From Gemmatimonadota bacterium (GTDB lineage: Bacteria; Gemmatimonadota; Gemmatimonadetes; Palauibacterales; Palauibacteraceae): DNA of 64,000 bases. Positions 48,569 to 59,048 of the stretch are shown one piece after another; within the stretch, counting starts at the first letter, position 1; each line of letters starts with the position of its first letter. The translations under genes and the position numbers were made by a program. The stretch spans positions 192,001-256,000 of the forward strand of contig OZ220691.1 in assembly GCA_965116475.1 (NCBI GenBank), in the 5' to 3' direction. Under the pieces are notes generated by a model. The model was given only the letters and a program-made list of their open reading frames with translations, made no database searches and had not been told where the DNA came from.

Positions 48569-49657
48569 GTGTCACAACGTGCGTCGGTCATGCCGGGACC
48601 GGGACGACCACTCGAGGTCCGGACCTTCGACGATCCCGACCTCGGACCGGGCGAGACGTGGCTGGAGATAGAGGCGAGCGAGGTGTGCGGAACGGATGTC
48701 CATCTCCACCACGGACGCCTCGCGGGCGTGCCCTGGCCCATCATCCCGGGGCATGTGAGCGTGGGACGCATCCGGGAGACGAGAGGTCCCGGGGTCGATG
48801 CCTCGGGACGGCCGCTGGCGGAGGGGGACGCCGTCACCTTCTTCGACGTGGTGGGCACGTGCCACCGCTGCTTCTACTGCTCCGCTGCCCGGCAGCCGAA
48901 CCTGTGCCCGCACCGCCGCGTCTACGGCATCACGTTCAGCGCTCGGGAGGGATTGCTCGGAGGATGGGCGACGTCCATGCGGCTCACGGCCGACACGTCG
49001 ATCTTCAAGCTGCCCGAGGGGCTCGCGACAGCGGATGTCATCGGCGGCGGCTGCGGACTCTTCACCGGTTTCGGGGCCGTCGAGCGCTCGGAACTCCGGC
49101 CGGGCGACACGGTCGTCGTTCAGGGCTCCGGCCCCGTCGGCCTCGCGGCCGCCGCCTTCGCCCGGGTCCGGGGCTGCGGTCCCCTCGTGGTCATCGGCGA
49201 CCCCGACCCGCGCCTCGAGCTCGCCACCGCGATGGGCGCCGACGTCACGCTTTCGCTGGATCGAACGTCGGGCCGTGACCGGTCGGCAAGCGTGGCCGAC
49301 CTCACCGAGGGCCGGGGCGCCGACGTCGTCATCGAGGCGAGCGGCAACCCGGCGGCGATCCCGGAGGGATTTGCCCTCCTCCGCGACGGAGGCACGTACG
49401 TCGTGGCGGGACACTACACGGATGTCGGTCCCGTCTCCATCAACCCGCACGTCGACATCAACCGGAAGCACGCGACCGTGAAGGGGCGCTGGGGGACCGA
49501 GCTGCCGCACGTCTCGGGCGCGCTCGACCTGCTCGCGCGGCACCGCCTCCCCTTCGCCCGGGTGATCGGGGGTGAATACGGTCTCGGGGCAGCGGGTCAG
49601 GCCCTCGCCGACGTCGAGCGGCTCGCCGTCACCAAGGCGATCATCGTTCCGTCCTAG
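48569..49657 (+). CDS. Zn-dependent medium-chain dehydrogenase
   Basis: EVCGTD, PGHVSVG, CHRCFYC...NLC and GSGPVG; GTG start after GGAGG. Confidence 0.88.
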   Translation: MSQRASVMPGPGRPLEVRTFDDPDLGPGETWLEIEASEVCGTDVHLHHGRLAGVPWPIIPGHVSVGRIRETRGPGVDASGRPLAEGDAVTFFDVVGTCHRCFYCSAARQPNLCPHRRVYGITFSAREGLLGGWATSMRLTADTSIFKLPEGLATADVIGGGCGLFTGFGAVERSELRPGDTVVVQGSGPVGLAAAAFARVRGCGPLVVIGDPDPRLELATAMGADVTLSLDRTSGRDRSASVADLTEGRGADVVIEASGNPAAIPEGFALLRDGGTYVVAGHYTDVGPVSINPHVDINRKHATVKGRWGTELPHVSGALDLLARHRLPFARVIGGEYGLGAAGQALADVERLAVTKAIIVPS

Positions 49658-51435
49658 AAGTCGCCGGCGACCTGTGGGGCGGACTCGACGCGGATCGTGA
49701 GGATGTCGATGTCGTGGTACTGCTGGTGGCGGATGGAGGAGGCGTAGTGCCGCAGCAGCCGGAGCGGCGTCTCCGCCTCGACGGGGACGCCCGCGGCCAC
49801 CTCGCTGAGCATCGCCAGCTGATCCTCGACGTTCTTCTCGTCCGTCGTCGCGATGAACTCGAGGTCCGCCGCGGGACCGTCGCTGCTCGCGATGAGCAAC
49901 AGGCTTCGGGCTTCACCCGTCCCGGCTTCGGTCTCGGCCTCAGCCTCCTCGCGAACGAGGATCTGCATCGTCTCTTCGCCGACCGCGCGCAGACGCGTCT
50001 CCATCTCCCCGCCCCAGCCCCGGCGCGCCGCGAACTTCACGAGGAAGGCGTCGACCTCCGACCACGTGGCCTCCGACAACCGCGTTTTCAGTCGCGCCCG
50101 ACGGCCGCCCGTGACCTCCGAGAAGATGGTGAGCAGGATCACCGTGAGACCGCCGACCGTCATGCCGTTGCCGAGGAACTCCTCCCACGCTCCGACGATC
50201 TGGTCCGGGTAGATCCAGTCGAACTGGAAGACGATGCCCAGCCAGAACGCGACGCCGACGACGAGGCCGTTGCGGTAGTCCAGCCCCTCCTGGAGCAGGA
50301 TCTTCATGCCGAAGACGAAGATCAGCGCCACGACGACGATGAAATAGGCCGCCACGACGGGGCCGGGGATCGCGATAATGAGGGCGAGCAGTTTCGGCAG
50401 GAAGGCGAACGCCGCGAAGACGACGCCGACGCAGATTCCGATGGCGCGAGAGGTGACGCCGGTGAGTTCGGCGACGGCGATGCCCACGCCGTAGGTCGTG
50501 TTGGGGACGGTACCCGCCAGGCCGGAAAGGAGGTTGCCCGCGCCGTCGGCGGCGATCGCTCCCTGGATGGAGCGGAAGTCGATCGCGCGCGGCCGGCGCC
50601 AGGAAACCCTCTGAATCGCGATCGCATCGCCGAGCGTGTCCATGGCGCTCACGAGCGTCACCATGAGGAATGACGGCAGCAGCGCCCAGAACTCGGGGCG
50701 GAAGCTCAGGTCGAGACCGGGGTACGCCAGGTCCGGCAGGCCGATCCACGAGGCATCGTAGACGCTGGACAGCTCGTAGATCCCGAACCCGAGGCCGGCA
50801 ACGAGCGACCCGGCGACGATCCCGAGGGCCGGGGCCCAGAGCCGAAGCGCGCCGGAGAACCGCAGCGGGACGAGCACTGTGACCGCCAGCGTCACGCCGG
50901 CCACGACCGGACCCGCGGCGATCGGGGCTCCGGCGGGCACCTCGGCGAGCTTCCGCAGGATCATCGGAGTGAGCGTCACCGGGATGAGGATCAGCACGGT
51001 GCCCGCCACGGTGGGCGTGAACACCCGGCGCAGGAGCGCCATCCGGGACGCGAGAAGGAACTGGACCATCGAGGAGGCGATGATCAGGACCGCGAGCATT
51101 TCCGGCCCGCCCTGCTCGATGGCGGTGACGCTTACCGCGATGAAGGCGCTCGTGCTCCCCATGACGAGGACGTAGCCGGCGCCGATCCGTCCCACGCTGC
51201 GCGCCTGAATCGCCGTCGTGATGCCGCTGATCACGAGCGCCGCGAACACCGCCCACGACAGGTACTCCGGGCTGCCGCCCGCCACCGTGATCATGACCGT
51301 CGGCGTGAGCACGATGCTGGCGAGGCAGATGAGCGCGTACTGGACGCCGAGTCCGGCCGCCATGGGGAGCGGGGGACGTTCGTTCGGCTCGAAGCGCACG
51401 TCCTGGCGGGCGAGCCCGGGGCCGGAACCCGCCAT
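49654..51435 (-). CDS. NCS2 (uracil/xanthine/ascorbate) permease with soluble C-terminal extension
   Basis: LGVQY, SGITTAIQ, ETLGD-like DTLGD, ADGAGN and PNTTY; about 140-aa hydrophilic C-terminal domain. Confidence 0.85.
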   Translation of the reverse strand: MAGSGPGLARQDVRFEPNERPPLPMAAGLGVQYALICLASIVLTPTVMITVAGGSPEYLSWAVFAALVISGITTAIQARSVGRIGAGYVLVMGSTSAFIAVSVTAIEQGGPEMLAVLIIASSMVQFLLASRMALLRRVFTPTVAGTVLILIPVTLTPMILRKLAEVPAGAPIAAGPVVAGVTLAVTVLVPLRFSGALRLWAPALGIVAGSLVAGLGFGIYELSSVYDASWIGLPDLAYPGLDLSFRPEFWALLPSFLMVTLVSAMDTLGDAIAIQRVSWRRPRAIDFRSIQGAIAADGAGNLLSGLAGTVPNTTYGVGIAVAELTGVTSRAIGICVGVVFAAFAFLPKLLALIIAIPGPVVAAYFIVVVALIFVFGMKILLQEGLDYRNGLVVGVAFWLGIVFQFDWIYPDQIVGAWEEFLGNGMTVGGLTVILLTIFSEVTGGRRARLKTRLSEATWSEVDAFLVKFAARRGWGGEMETRLRAVGEETMQILVREEAEAETEAGTGEARSLLLIASSDGPAADLEFIATTDEKNVEDQLAMLSEVAAGVPVEAETPLRLLRHYASSIRHQQYHDIDILTIRVESAPQVAGDF

Positions 51436-52955
51436 CAGGGGCCGCCTCCCCCGGCGAGCGCTTCGGCGGGCGCGGCGGAGCGCCAGCGTTCGGGGTGGGC
51501 TTCGAGCCGTTCCACGGCCTCCGCGAGAACCTCGAGCGCCAGGTCGATGGTGTCGAGGTGCGTGCGGAAGGCGAGCGCCGCCATCCGCAACCAGAACGTC
51601 CCATCGATCGTCGTCGAGGAGAAGAAGATCCTCCCATCGCGATGCGTCTCTTCCACGAGAGCCTGGTTGAAGGCGTTCGCGTCACCCGACTCCGGCACCC
51701 AGCGGTAGGTCACCACCGAGAGTTGAGGCTTCGGACCCACTTCGAATCCGAGCGCCCCGACCTCGCCGTGAAAATACCGGGCGAGTTCCAGCTTCTCCTC
51801 GAGGCAGGCCCGAAAGGGGGCTTCTCCGTGCAGGAGGAGCGGCAGCCAGACCCGAAGCCCGCGAAAGTGCTTCGTGAGTTCAGGGGATACGGCGGCCGGC
51901 GAACGACCTCCCCACTCGGACTCGACCGTGTCCTGCAGGTAGCTGGCGTAGTAGGCGTGGGCATCCTGGAGCGCCTCGCCGTCGCGGATGAGCACGGCGC
52001 CGGTGCCGTACGGCAGGAACATTCCCTTGTGCGGATCGAGCACCAGCGAATCCGCGCGCTCCATCCCGGTGAGCACGCGCCGGCTGCCCTTCACGAGAGT
52101 GAAAAAGCCCCCGTATGCCGCATCGACGTGGAACCAGAGACCTTCGCGCTCGCACACATCGGCGATGCGGTCCAGGGGATCGACCTGGCCGGTATCGGCG
52201 GTACCGGCCGATCCGAGGACGAGCCACGGTCGAAGCCCCCGTGCCCGGTCCTCCGCGACGAGTTCCGCGAGTGAGTCGGGACACAGCCGGAGGTCCCGGT
52301 CGCGGGACACCTCGCGCCGGACGGCCTCCGCGAGGCCGGCCACGCGGACCGCCTTGTGCAGGCAGTGGTGTGTGTGGGCGGAGGAGTAGACGACGGCCCG
52401 CTCGTAGTCGCGAGCCCGGAGCCCGGCCGCTTCCCGCGCCGTAACCACCGCGATCAGACTGGCGATGGAGCCGCCCGAAGCGAGGTTCCCGTCGGCCCCG
52501 GCGGGGAATCCGACGAGCGACGCCATCCAGTCGAGGATCAGGTCCTCCATCTCGACCGCGCCCGGCCCGGTGAATCGTACGCCCGCGTATTCGTTCGTCA
52601 CCGCGGCCAGATAGTCCCCCAGCGACGAGGCGTAGATGCCTCCGCCCGGGATGTAGCCGAGATGCCCGCCGTGCGAGGGCACGAGGCCGACGCCCACCAC
52701 GGACTCGTCGATCCGGTCGATGAGTCCGGCCAGGGGCTGCGGCCCGCGCCCGAATCCGAGCTTTCGGATCTCCCGGACGGCGGACTTGTCGTGCCGGTAG
52801 GCGAGCCGTTCGGGGAGTCCGTCGAGGAACCGTTGCGCATAGGCGTGCGCCTCGCCCATGAGGCGGTCGCGCTCGCCCGCGTCGGGGTCGAGCGGCCGCG
52901 CAGCCTCCTCCAGTTCCAGGATCCGGGACCGCTGCCGACTTGAGATCGAGCGCAT
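51435..52955 (-). CDS. PLP-dependent group II (aromatic amino acid-type) decarboxylase
   Basis: SGGSIAS, HTHHCLHKA, SAGTADTG, HVDAAYGG and LDPHKG (PLP Lys). Confidence 0.9.
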   Translation of the reverse strand: MRSISSRQRSRILELEEAARPLDPDAGERDRLMGEAHAYAQRFLDGLPERLAYRHDKSAVREIRKLGFGRGPQPLAGLIDRIDESVVGVGLVPSHGGHLGYIPGGGIYASSLGDYLAAVTNEYAGVRFTGPGAVEMEDLILDWMASLVGFPAGADGNLASGGSIASLIAVVTAREAAGLRARDYERAVVYSSAHTHHCLHKAVRVAGLAEAVRREVSRDRDLRLCPDSLAELVAEDRARGLRPWLVLGSAGTADTGQVDPLDRIADVCEREGLWFHVDAAYGGFFTLVKGSRRVLTGMERADSLVLDPHKGMFLPYGTGAVLIRDGEALQDAHAYYASYLQDTVESEWGGRSPAAVSPELTKHFRGLRVWLPLLLHGEAPFRACLEEKLELARYFHGEVGALGFEVGPKPQLSVVTYRWVPESGDANAFNQALVEETHRDGRIFFSSTTIDGTFWLRMAALAFRTHLDTIDLALEVLAEAVERLEAHPERWRSAAPAEALAGGGGP

Positions 52956-53041
52956 GATGCGATCCTATCCCTTTCGTTCGGGGGACGCGAGCGTTCCGGC
53001 CCGGCAGGCAGGGGCCGCCAACCTTTGCCGGAGGATCCCGC

Positions 53042-54811
53042 TTGTATCCGCGTCGAAAGTCATCCTGGAGCTACGGTCTCGCCGCCGCGCTTGCCGCCGC
53101 GCTCGCCGTCGGGCTCGCGTCCGCCGCCGAGGCGCAGCCGCGCGCGGCACGGGCGGAGAGCTATCTCCGTTCCTTCCATGACCTGAGGCTCTTCAACGGC
53201 GCGGCCCTCATCGTCGACGAGGGCGAGGTCCTGTTCGAGGGCGCGTTCGGCCGGGGCGACTTCCCGGACGGCGGCGCCAACACCCCGGGCACGCGGTTCC
53301 GCATCGCTTCGCTGACGAAGCAGTTCACGGCCGCGCTCATCCTGATACTCGAGGAAGAGGGACTGCTGCGGGTCGAGGATCCGGTGGGCCGCTACATCGA
53401 GGAATATCCGCCGGAGTTCGCCGAACGGATCACGCTCCACCACCTGCTCACGCACACCTCGGGACTGCCCAGCTACACGAACATGCCGGGGTTCCTCGAA
53501 TGGGAGGCGGCGACCCCGTTCTCGCCCGGCGAGATCGTCGCCCTCACATGGGAAGACGCCCTCTCCTTCGAGCCGGGCACGGACTTCGAGTACTCCAACA
53601 CGGGCTACGTGCTCCTCGGCTGGATCGCGGCACGCGTGACGGGGCTGAGCTATGACGAGGCCCTTCGCACCTACGTGCTCGAACCGCTGGCGTTGGACGA
53701 TACCGGGTACGACCATGCGCTCCGGCCGCCGGAGGGCCACGCCCGCGGCCACACGCGCGACCTCGTCGGCTACCGGCAGGCGCGCCTGATCGACCCGTCC
53801 GTGCCCTATTCCGCCGGCATGCTCTACTCCACCATCGGCGACCTCGCCCGCTGGGCCACCGGCCTCTTCGCCGAAGGCGGCCTGTTCCGGGACCCGGAGA
53901 CGCTGGCACGCATGACGACCCCCGGCCTCGAGTCCGGGTCGTACGGGTACGGCGTAGGCGTGCGGACGCGGAACATCGAGCGCGACCCCGAAGTGCGCGT
54001 GATCGAACACACGGGGGGGATCTTCGGCTTCTCCTCCTGGCTGCGCGTCTTCCCGGACCACGGACGCCTCATCGTGCTGCTGGACAACACATCCTCCGAT
54101 CTGGGACCGCTCGTGGAGGGGTTGACGAACCTGCTGTGGGGCGCCGAGGCCGCGCGCCCGAAACCGTCGATCGCCGAACGGCTGCTGCCGATCGTCGAGG
54201 CGGGCGGAGTCGAGGCGGCGATGTCCAGGTACGACAACTGGCGGCGCACGCGACCGGAGGAATACGACTACGCCCCCGGCCAGATCCTGAGACTCGCCGG
54301 CCATTTCCGGGAGGACGAACCAGCCACCGCCATTGCGATCCTCGAGGCCTACGCGGCCGGGACGCCGGAGCCTCCCGCGATCCGCTTCGCGCTGTCCGAG
54401 CTTCACGAAGAGGCCGGAGCCCCGGAGGCGGCGTCCGCCCACATTCGGCAGGCGCTCACCTACAACCCCGGCATGCCCCGGCTGCTGGAGCGCCTGTCGG
54501 AGCTGGGCGTCGAGCCCGATCCGGCGCTTCGGCTCCCCATTGTGCGGGTGGAACCCGGGAACCTGTCCCTGTTGGTGGGCGAGTACCGGATCGACCCGGC
54601 CACGACGCTCACCGTCACGCTCGAAGAGGGTGGGCTCATAGCCGCCCGCACCGGCGAGCCCGCGTTCCGGCTCCTCCCCCAGTCCCCGACCGCCTTCCTG
54701 ATGCACGGCGCCGCCGTGCAGTTCGTGTTCGACGTCGCGGACGGCGCCGCGGGGGCGGTCTCGGTGGTGGAGGCCGACCAGCGCCTCGTTTTCCCGAGAA
54801 TCGGAAACTGA
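53042..54811 (+). CDS. Secreted serine hydrolase (beta-lactamase/AmpC family) with TPR-like and DUF3471-like C-terminus
   Basis: IASLTKQF (SxxK), LLTHTSG, YSNTGY and HTGG; signal peptide. Confidence 0.9.
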   Translation: MYPRRKSSWSYGLAAALAAALAVGLASAAEAQPRAARAESYLRSFHDLRLFNGAALIVDEGEVLFEGAFGRGDFPDGGANTPGTRFRIASLTKQFTAALILILEEEGLLRVEDPVGRYIEEYPPEFAERITLHHLLTHTSGLPSYTNMPGFLEWEAATPFSPGEIVALTWEDALSFEPGTDFEYSNTGYVLLGWIAARVTGLSYDEALRTYVLEPLALDDTGYDHALRPPEGHARGHTRDLVGYRQARLIDPSVPYSAGMLYSTIGDLARWATGLFAEGGLFRDPETLARMTTPGLESGSYGYGVGVRTRNIERDPEVRVIEHTGGIFGFSSWLRVFPDHGRLIVLLDNTSSDLGPLVEGLTNLLWGAEAARPKPSIAERLLPIVEAGGVEAAMSRYDNWRRTRPEEYDYAPGQILRLAGHFREDEPATAIAILEAYAAGTPEPPAIRFALSELHEEAGAPEAASAHIRQALTYNPGMPRLLERLSELGVEPDPALRLPIVRVEPGNLSLLVGEYRIDPATTLTVTLEEGGLIAARTGEPAFRLLPQSPTAFLMHGAAVQFVFDVADGAAGAVSVVEADQRLVFPRIGN

Positions 54812-54827
54812 GCGCCCCCCTATCGAC

Positions 54828-55946
54828 ATGCACGACTTCGCCGTCATCGGGCTCGGAGCCATCGGAAGCGCGACCGCGGCCGAACTCGTCCGGCGAGGAC
54901 ATTCGGTGATCGGATTCGACCGCTACACGCCCCCGCACACGATGGGATCGGCGCACAGCGAGACGCGGATGATCCGCGAGGCGTGGTATCACGGGTCTCC
55001 GTACCTGCCGCTCGTCCGTGACGCCCGCCGGCGCTGGAAGAACCTCGAGCGCTCGTCCGGCCGAACGCTGCTGCGGACGGCGGGCGCCCTCATGATGGGG
55101 CCGGAAGATGGCCGCGCGTTCGCGGGGATTCCGCTTCGCGCCGTCGCTCAGCCGGACACCGATCACTTCCTCCTCTCGGCGGAAGACGTCGTCGCGCGCT
55201 TCCCCTGGCTCCGCCCGGATCCCGGGACCGTCACCATCTACGAACCGGGGGCCGCCATCTTCTCGCTGGAGGCCTGCATCGAGGCGATGCTGGAGGCGGC
55301 CGGGGGCGCGGACCTGCGCTTCGACGAGCCCGCCGTTGGGTGGTCCGCTTCGGCCTCCGGCGTCCGCGTCCGGACCAAAGGGGCAACATACCCGGCGCGG
55401 CGGCTTGCGATCGCCGCCGGGGCGTGGACTCCGCAACTGCTTTCCGAACTTTTCCTTCCGCTCGAAGTGGAGCGCACCGTGCAGTACTGGTTCGAGCCCG
55501 CCGGTGAACACGCGGACACGCTCGCGGAGGGTCCCGCCTGGGTGTGGGAACTCGAACGGGAGGGGACGTGGTACGGCTTCCCCCCGACGGCGCGCGGCCT
55601 CAAGGCGGGGATGCACTTCCAGGCCGGACGCGGGACCGATGTCGAGCGGGTCGACCGCGAGGTCGGGGCCTCCGAGACAGAAGCGCTGCGAAGGCTGTTC
55701 GGGCGGTACGCGCCGGGCGTAGCGGGCGCGCTGGCCCATGCGTCGGTCTGCCTCTACACGAACACCGCCGACGAGGACTTCATCCTCGACCGCCACCCCG
55801 ACCATCCCGGCGTGGTGCTGTTCGCCGGCGGCTCCGGGCACGCGTTCAAGTTCGCGCCCGTGCTCGGGTCGCTCATGGCCGACCTTCTCACGGATGAGCC
55901 CCCCGGTCTCGGGCTGCCGATCTTCTCGATCGACCGCTTTCGCTGA
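54828..55946 (+). CDS. Monomeric sarcosine oxidase / N-methyl-L-tryptophan oxidase family
   Basis: VIGLGAIG, GSAHSETRMIR, CLYTNT (flavinylation Cys), and GHAFKF. Confidence 0.88.
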   Translation: MHDFAVIGLGAIGSATAAELVRRGHSVIGFDRYTPPHTMGSAHSETRMIREAWYHGSPYLPLVRDARRRWKNLERSSGRTLLRTAGALMMGPEDGRAFAGIPLRAVAQPDTDHFLLSAEDVVARFPWLRPDPGTVTIYEPGAAIFSLEACIEAMLEAAGGADLRFDEPAVGWSASASGVRVRTKGATYPARRLAIAAGAWTPQLLSELFLPLEVERTVQYWFEPAGEHADTLAEGPAWVWELEREGTWYGFPPTARGLKAGMHFQAGRGTDVERVDREVGASETEALRRLFGRYAPGVAGALAHASVCLYTNTADEDFILDRHPDHPGVVLFAGGSGHAFKFAPVLGSLMADLLTDEPPGLGLPIFSIDRFR

Positions 55947-58900
55947 GGGGGCCGGCGAAGCGCAGGAAGAGCGCGGGCACGACGACCATGTTCAGCGTGG
56001 TGGACGTCACGAGGCCCCCGAGAACGACGACGGCGAGCGGGGCCTGGATCTCCTTGCCGGGTTCGCCGATGCCCAACGCGAGGGGAACGAGCGCGAGGCC
56101 CGCCGTGAGCGCCGTCATGAGGATGGGGCTCAGCCGTTCCATCGAGCCGCGCCGGATGCTCGGGCCGAGTTCGCCGCCCGCCGCACGAAGGTCCTGGTAG
56201 CGGCTCACGAGGAGGATCCCGTTTCGTACCGCGATGCCGAACAACGTGATGAGCCCGACCAGCGTTGCGATGTTCACGGTGCCGCCGATTAGCAGCACGG
56301 CGAGCACGCCGCCCGCCAGCGCCAGGGGCAGGTTCACCATGAGGAGCGCCGCGATCCGGGCGCTCCCGAAGGCCCGGAACATGATGAGGAAGATAGCGGC
56401 GATCGAGAACAGCGAGAGCAGCGTGATGCGCCGCGTCGCCTCCCGCCCGCTCTCGAACTGCCCTCCGTACTGGACGTAGTAACCCGGCGGCAGTTCGACT
56501 TCGGCCGCGACCCGCGCCCGCAGTTCCTCCGCAACTCCGCCCACGTCGCGCCCCGCGACGTTCGCGCTCACGACGATCTTCCGCTGCACGTTCTCCCGGC
56601 TGATCGTGTTGGGGCCCACCGACGGCACAATCGAAGCGAGCTGCGACAGCGGCACCGTCGCGCCCGCCGGGGTCGTCATCAGCGTACTGCCGATCGCCTC
56701 GGGATCCGCACGGTGTTCGTCCGCGTAGCGCACCACGAGGCCGAACGCGCGATCGCCTTCCCGGATGAGGGATACCTCCTCCCCCTGAAAAGCGACATCC
56801 ACGGCCGCGGCCATCTCCGCCGGCGTGACGCCGTGGCGGGCCATGGCCCGGCGGTCGGCGCGGACCTGGAGCTGGGGGATGTCCGCCTGCCGCTCGACGG
56901 AGACGTCCACCAGCCCCGCCACCGTCCCCGCGACGGTCTCGATCTCGCCGGCGATGTCGCGCAGTTGGCGGAGGTCCGGACCGAACAGATTCGCCGCGAT
57001 GGCGGCCCGCGTGCCGGAGAGCATGTGGTCGATCCGGTGTCCGATCGGCTGTCCAATCGTGACGTTCGTCCCGGGGAGTCCCGCCAGGTCGTCCCGGAGC
57101 GCGGCCATGACCTCCTCCAGGTCATGCTCCGATAGGTCCAGCCGCGCGTCGACCTCCGAGGCGTTGGCGCCCTGCGCGTGCTCGTCGAGTTCGGCCCGGC
57201 CGGTCCGCCGCGACGTGGAGACGACGGCCGGGTGCGCCAGTAGCTGGCGCTCCACGCGGGCCCCGATCGCGTCCGACTCCACCAGTGACGTGCCGGGCAT
57301 GCTCGCGACGGAAACGGTGAGCGTCCCCTCCTGGAACTCGGGCAGGAAGCCGCGCCCCAGCAGCGGCACGAGCGCCAGGGAGCCGGCAAGCAGGAGCGCC
57401 GCACCGCCCAGCACGGCCCCGGAGCGGCGCAGCGCCCCGTCGAGCACCCGCGCGTACGCCCGTTCGATCCCGCGCATCAGCCACGGCTCGCGGGGGCGGG
57501 TGATCGCCCGGTCTCCCGGCAGCAACATGTGGCAGAGCGCCGGCGTCACCGTCACCGCGACGAGCAGCGACGAGAGGATGCTCACGATGTACGCCAGCCC
57601 CAGGGGCCGGAGCATGCGCCCCTCCACGCCCGAGAGGAAGAAGAGCGGGACGAAGACGATGGAGATGATGAGCGTGGCGCTGAGGATCGGGTTCCGGATC
57701 TCCCGCGCCGCGTCCCGGACGAGGGCCAGCGGGCGGCGGCGGCCGTCCGGCGGGCGGCGGCGGTCTTCGCGCAGGCGGCGGTACACGTTCTCGACGACGA
57801 TGATCGCGTCGTCCACCAGTGCGCCGATGGCGATGGCCATGCCGCCCAGCGTCATCGTGTTGATCGTACCCCCGAGGAGCCGCAGCACGATGACCGCCAG
57901 CGCCAGCGAGAGCGGGATCGCGAGGGCGGAAATCGCCGTCGTCCTCAGGTTCCACAGGAAGAGCAGGAGCACCGCGATGACGAGCAAAGCACCGTCGCGC
58001 AGAGCTTCGATCACGTTCTCTACGGCGAGCGAGATGAAATCGGCCTGCCGGAACACCGACCGCTCGAAGGCCACGCCCGCCGGGAGTTCCACTTCGATCT
58101 CGTTCAGTTCCGCGTCGATCCGCTCCGTCAACTCCAGCGTATTGGCGCCGGGCTGCTTCTGGACCGAGAGCACGACGGCGGGCTCCGCGTTCACGGAAGC
58201 GGTGCCGAACCGGACACGCGAGCCGATTCGAACCTCCGCCAGGTCCTCGATGAGGACCGGCACCCCCTCCCTCACGGCGACGACGGTCAAGCCGATCTCC
58301 TCCAGGTCGCGCGCGCGGCCGATGCCGCGGATCAGGATCTCGCGTCCGCCCGAGCGATAGACGCCTCCCGACGCGTTCCGGTTCGAACCTGCCGCCGCCT
58401 CCAGCACCTCATCGAGCCCGATGCCGTAGGCGAGCAGGCGCTCGGGCCGGATCAGGACCTGGTACTGGCGGACCTGTCCGCCGATCGACACCACCTGCGA
58501 CACCCCGGGCACGGCGAGCAGCCTGCGCCGCACGGCCCAGTCGGCGGTCGTCCGTGCCTCCATGAGTTGCGGGGCGGGCGCGCTCATGCCGACGAGCAGG
58601 ATCTCGCCCATGATCGAACTCACGGGCGCGAGGACGGGCGCGCTCACATCCTCGGGCAGTTGGGCCGTGGCGAGTTGAAGCCGCTCGTTCACGATCTGCC
58701 GGGCGCGGAGGATGTCCGTCCCCCAGTCGAAATCCACCCACACGATGCTGATGCCCTGCGCCGAACTCGACCGGACCCGGCGCACGCCGGCCGCGCCGTT
58801 CACGGCCGTCTCGATCGGGAAGGTGACGAGACTCTCCACCTCTTCCGGCGCCAGTCCGTAAGCGTCGCTGAGCACCGTCACCGTAGGCGCGGTGAGGTCG

Positions 58901-59019
58901 GGAAAGACGTCGACGGGCAGCGTGGCGGCCACCCATCCCCCGCCCGCCAGCAGGAGCGCCCCGGCGGCCACGGCGAGGAAGCGGTTCTCGAGCGAGGCGT
59001 GGACGAGCCGGTCCAGCAT
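55888..59019 (-). CDS. CusA/CzcA-family RND efflux permease
   Basis: LPVDVFPD, GLAPEEVE, NTMTLGG, GALVDDAIIVVEN and RLSPILMT; 1043 aa. Confidence 0.93.
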   Translation of the reverse strand: MLDRLVHASLENRFLAVAAGALLLAGGGWVAATLPVDVFPDLTAPTVTVLSDAYGLAPEEVESLVTFPIETAVNGAAGVRRVRSSSAQGISIVWVDFDWGTDILRARQIVNERLQLATAQLPEDVSAPVLAPVSSIMGEILLVGMSAPAPQLMEARTTADWAVRRRLLAVPGVSQVVSIGGQVRQYQVLIRPERLLAYGIGLDEVLEAAAGSNRNASGGVYRSGGREILIRGIGRARDLEEIGLTVVAVREGVPVLIEDLAEVRIGSRVRFGTASVNAEPAVVLSVQKQPGANTLELTERIDAELNEIEVELPAGVAFERSVFRQADFISLAVENVIEALRDGALLVIAVLLLFLWNLRTTAISALAIPLSLALAVIVLRLLGGTINTMTLGGMAIAIGALVDDAIIVVENVYRRLREDRRRPPDGRRRPLALVRDAAREIRNPILSATLIISIVFVPLFFLSGVEGRMLRPLGLAYIVSILSSLLVAVTVTPALCHMLLPGDRAITRPREPWLMRGIERAYARVLDGALRRSGAVLGGAALLLAGSLALVPLLGRGFLPEFQEGTLTVSVASMPGTSLVESDAIGARVERQLLAHPAVVSTSRRTGRAELDEHAQGANASEVDARLDLSEHDLEEVMAALRDDLAGLPGTNVTIGQPIGHRIDHMLSGTRAAIAANLFGPDLRQLRDIAGEIETVAGTVAGLVDVSVERQADIPQLQVRADRRAMARHGVTPAEMAAAVDVAFQGEEVSLIREGDRAFGLVVRYADEHRADPEAIGSTLMTTPAGATVPLSQLASIVPSVGPNTISRENVQRKIVVSANVAGRDVGGVAEELRARVAAEVELPPGYYVQYGGQFESGREATRRITLLSLFSIAAIFLIMFRAFGSARIAALLMVNLPLALAGGVLAVLLIGGTVNIATLVGLITLFGIAVRNGILLVSRYQDLRAAGGELGPSIRRGSMERLSPILMTALTAGLALVPLALGIGEPGKEIQAPLAVVVLGGLVTSTTLNMVVVPALFLRFAGPLSESGRSRRSAARDRGAHP

Positions 59020-59048
59020 CCCCTGCAGGAGGCCTGACCGGTCTCCCA

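Noticed and set aside
51435-55946. Decarboxylase + serine hydrolase + N-methyl-amino acid oxidase as a tryptamine/alkaloid biosynthetic cluster
   Set aside because: The genes are divergently oriented, no methyltransferase, halogenase or scaffold enzyme is nearby, and substrates cannot be assigned from sequence.
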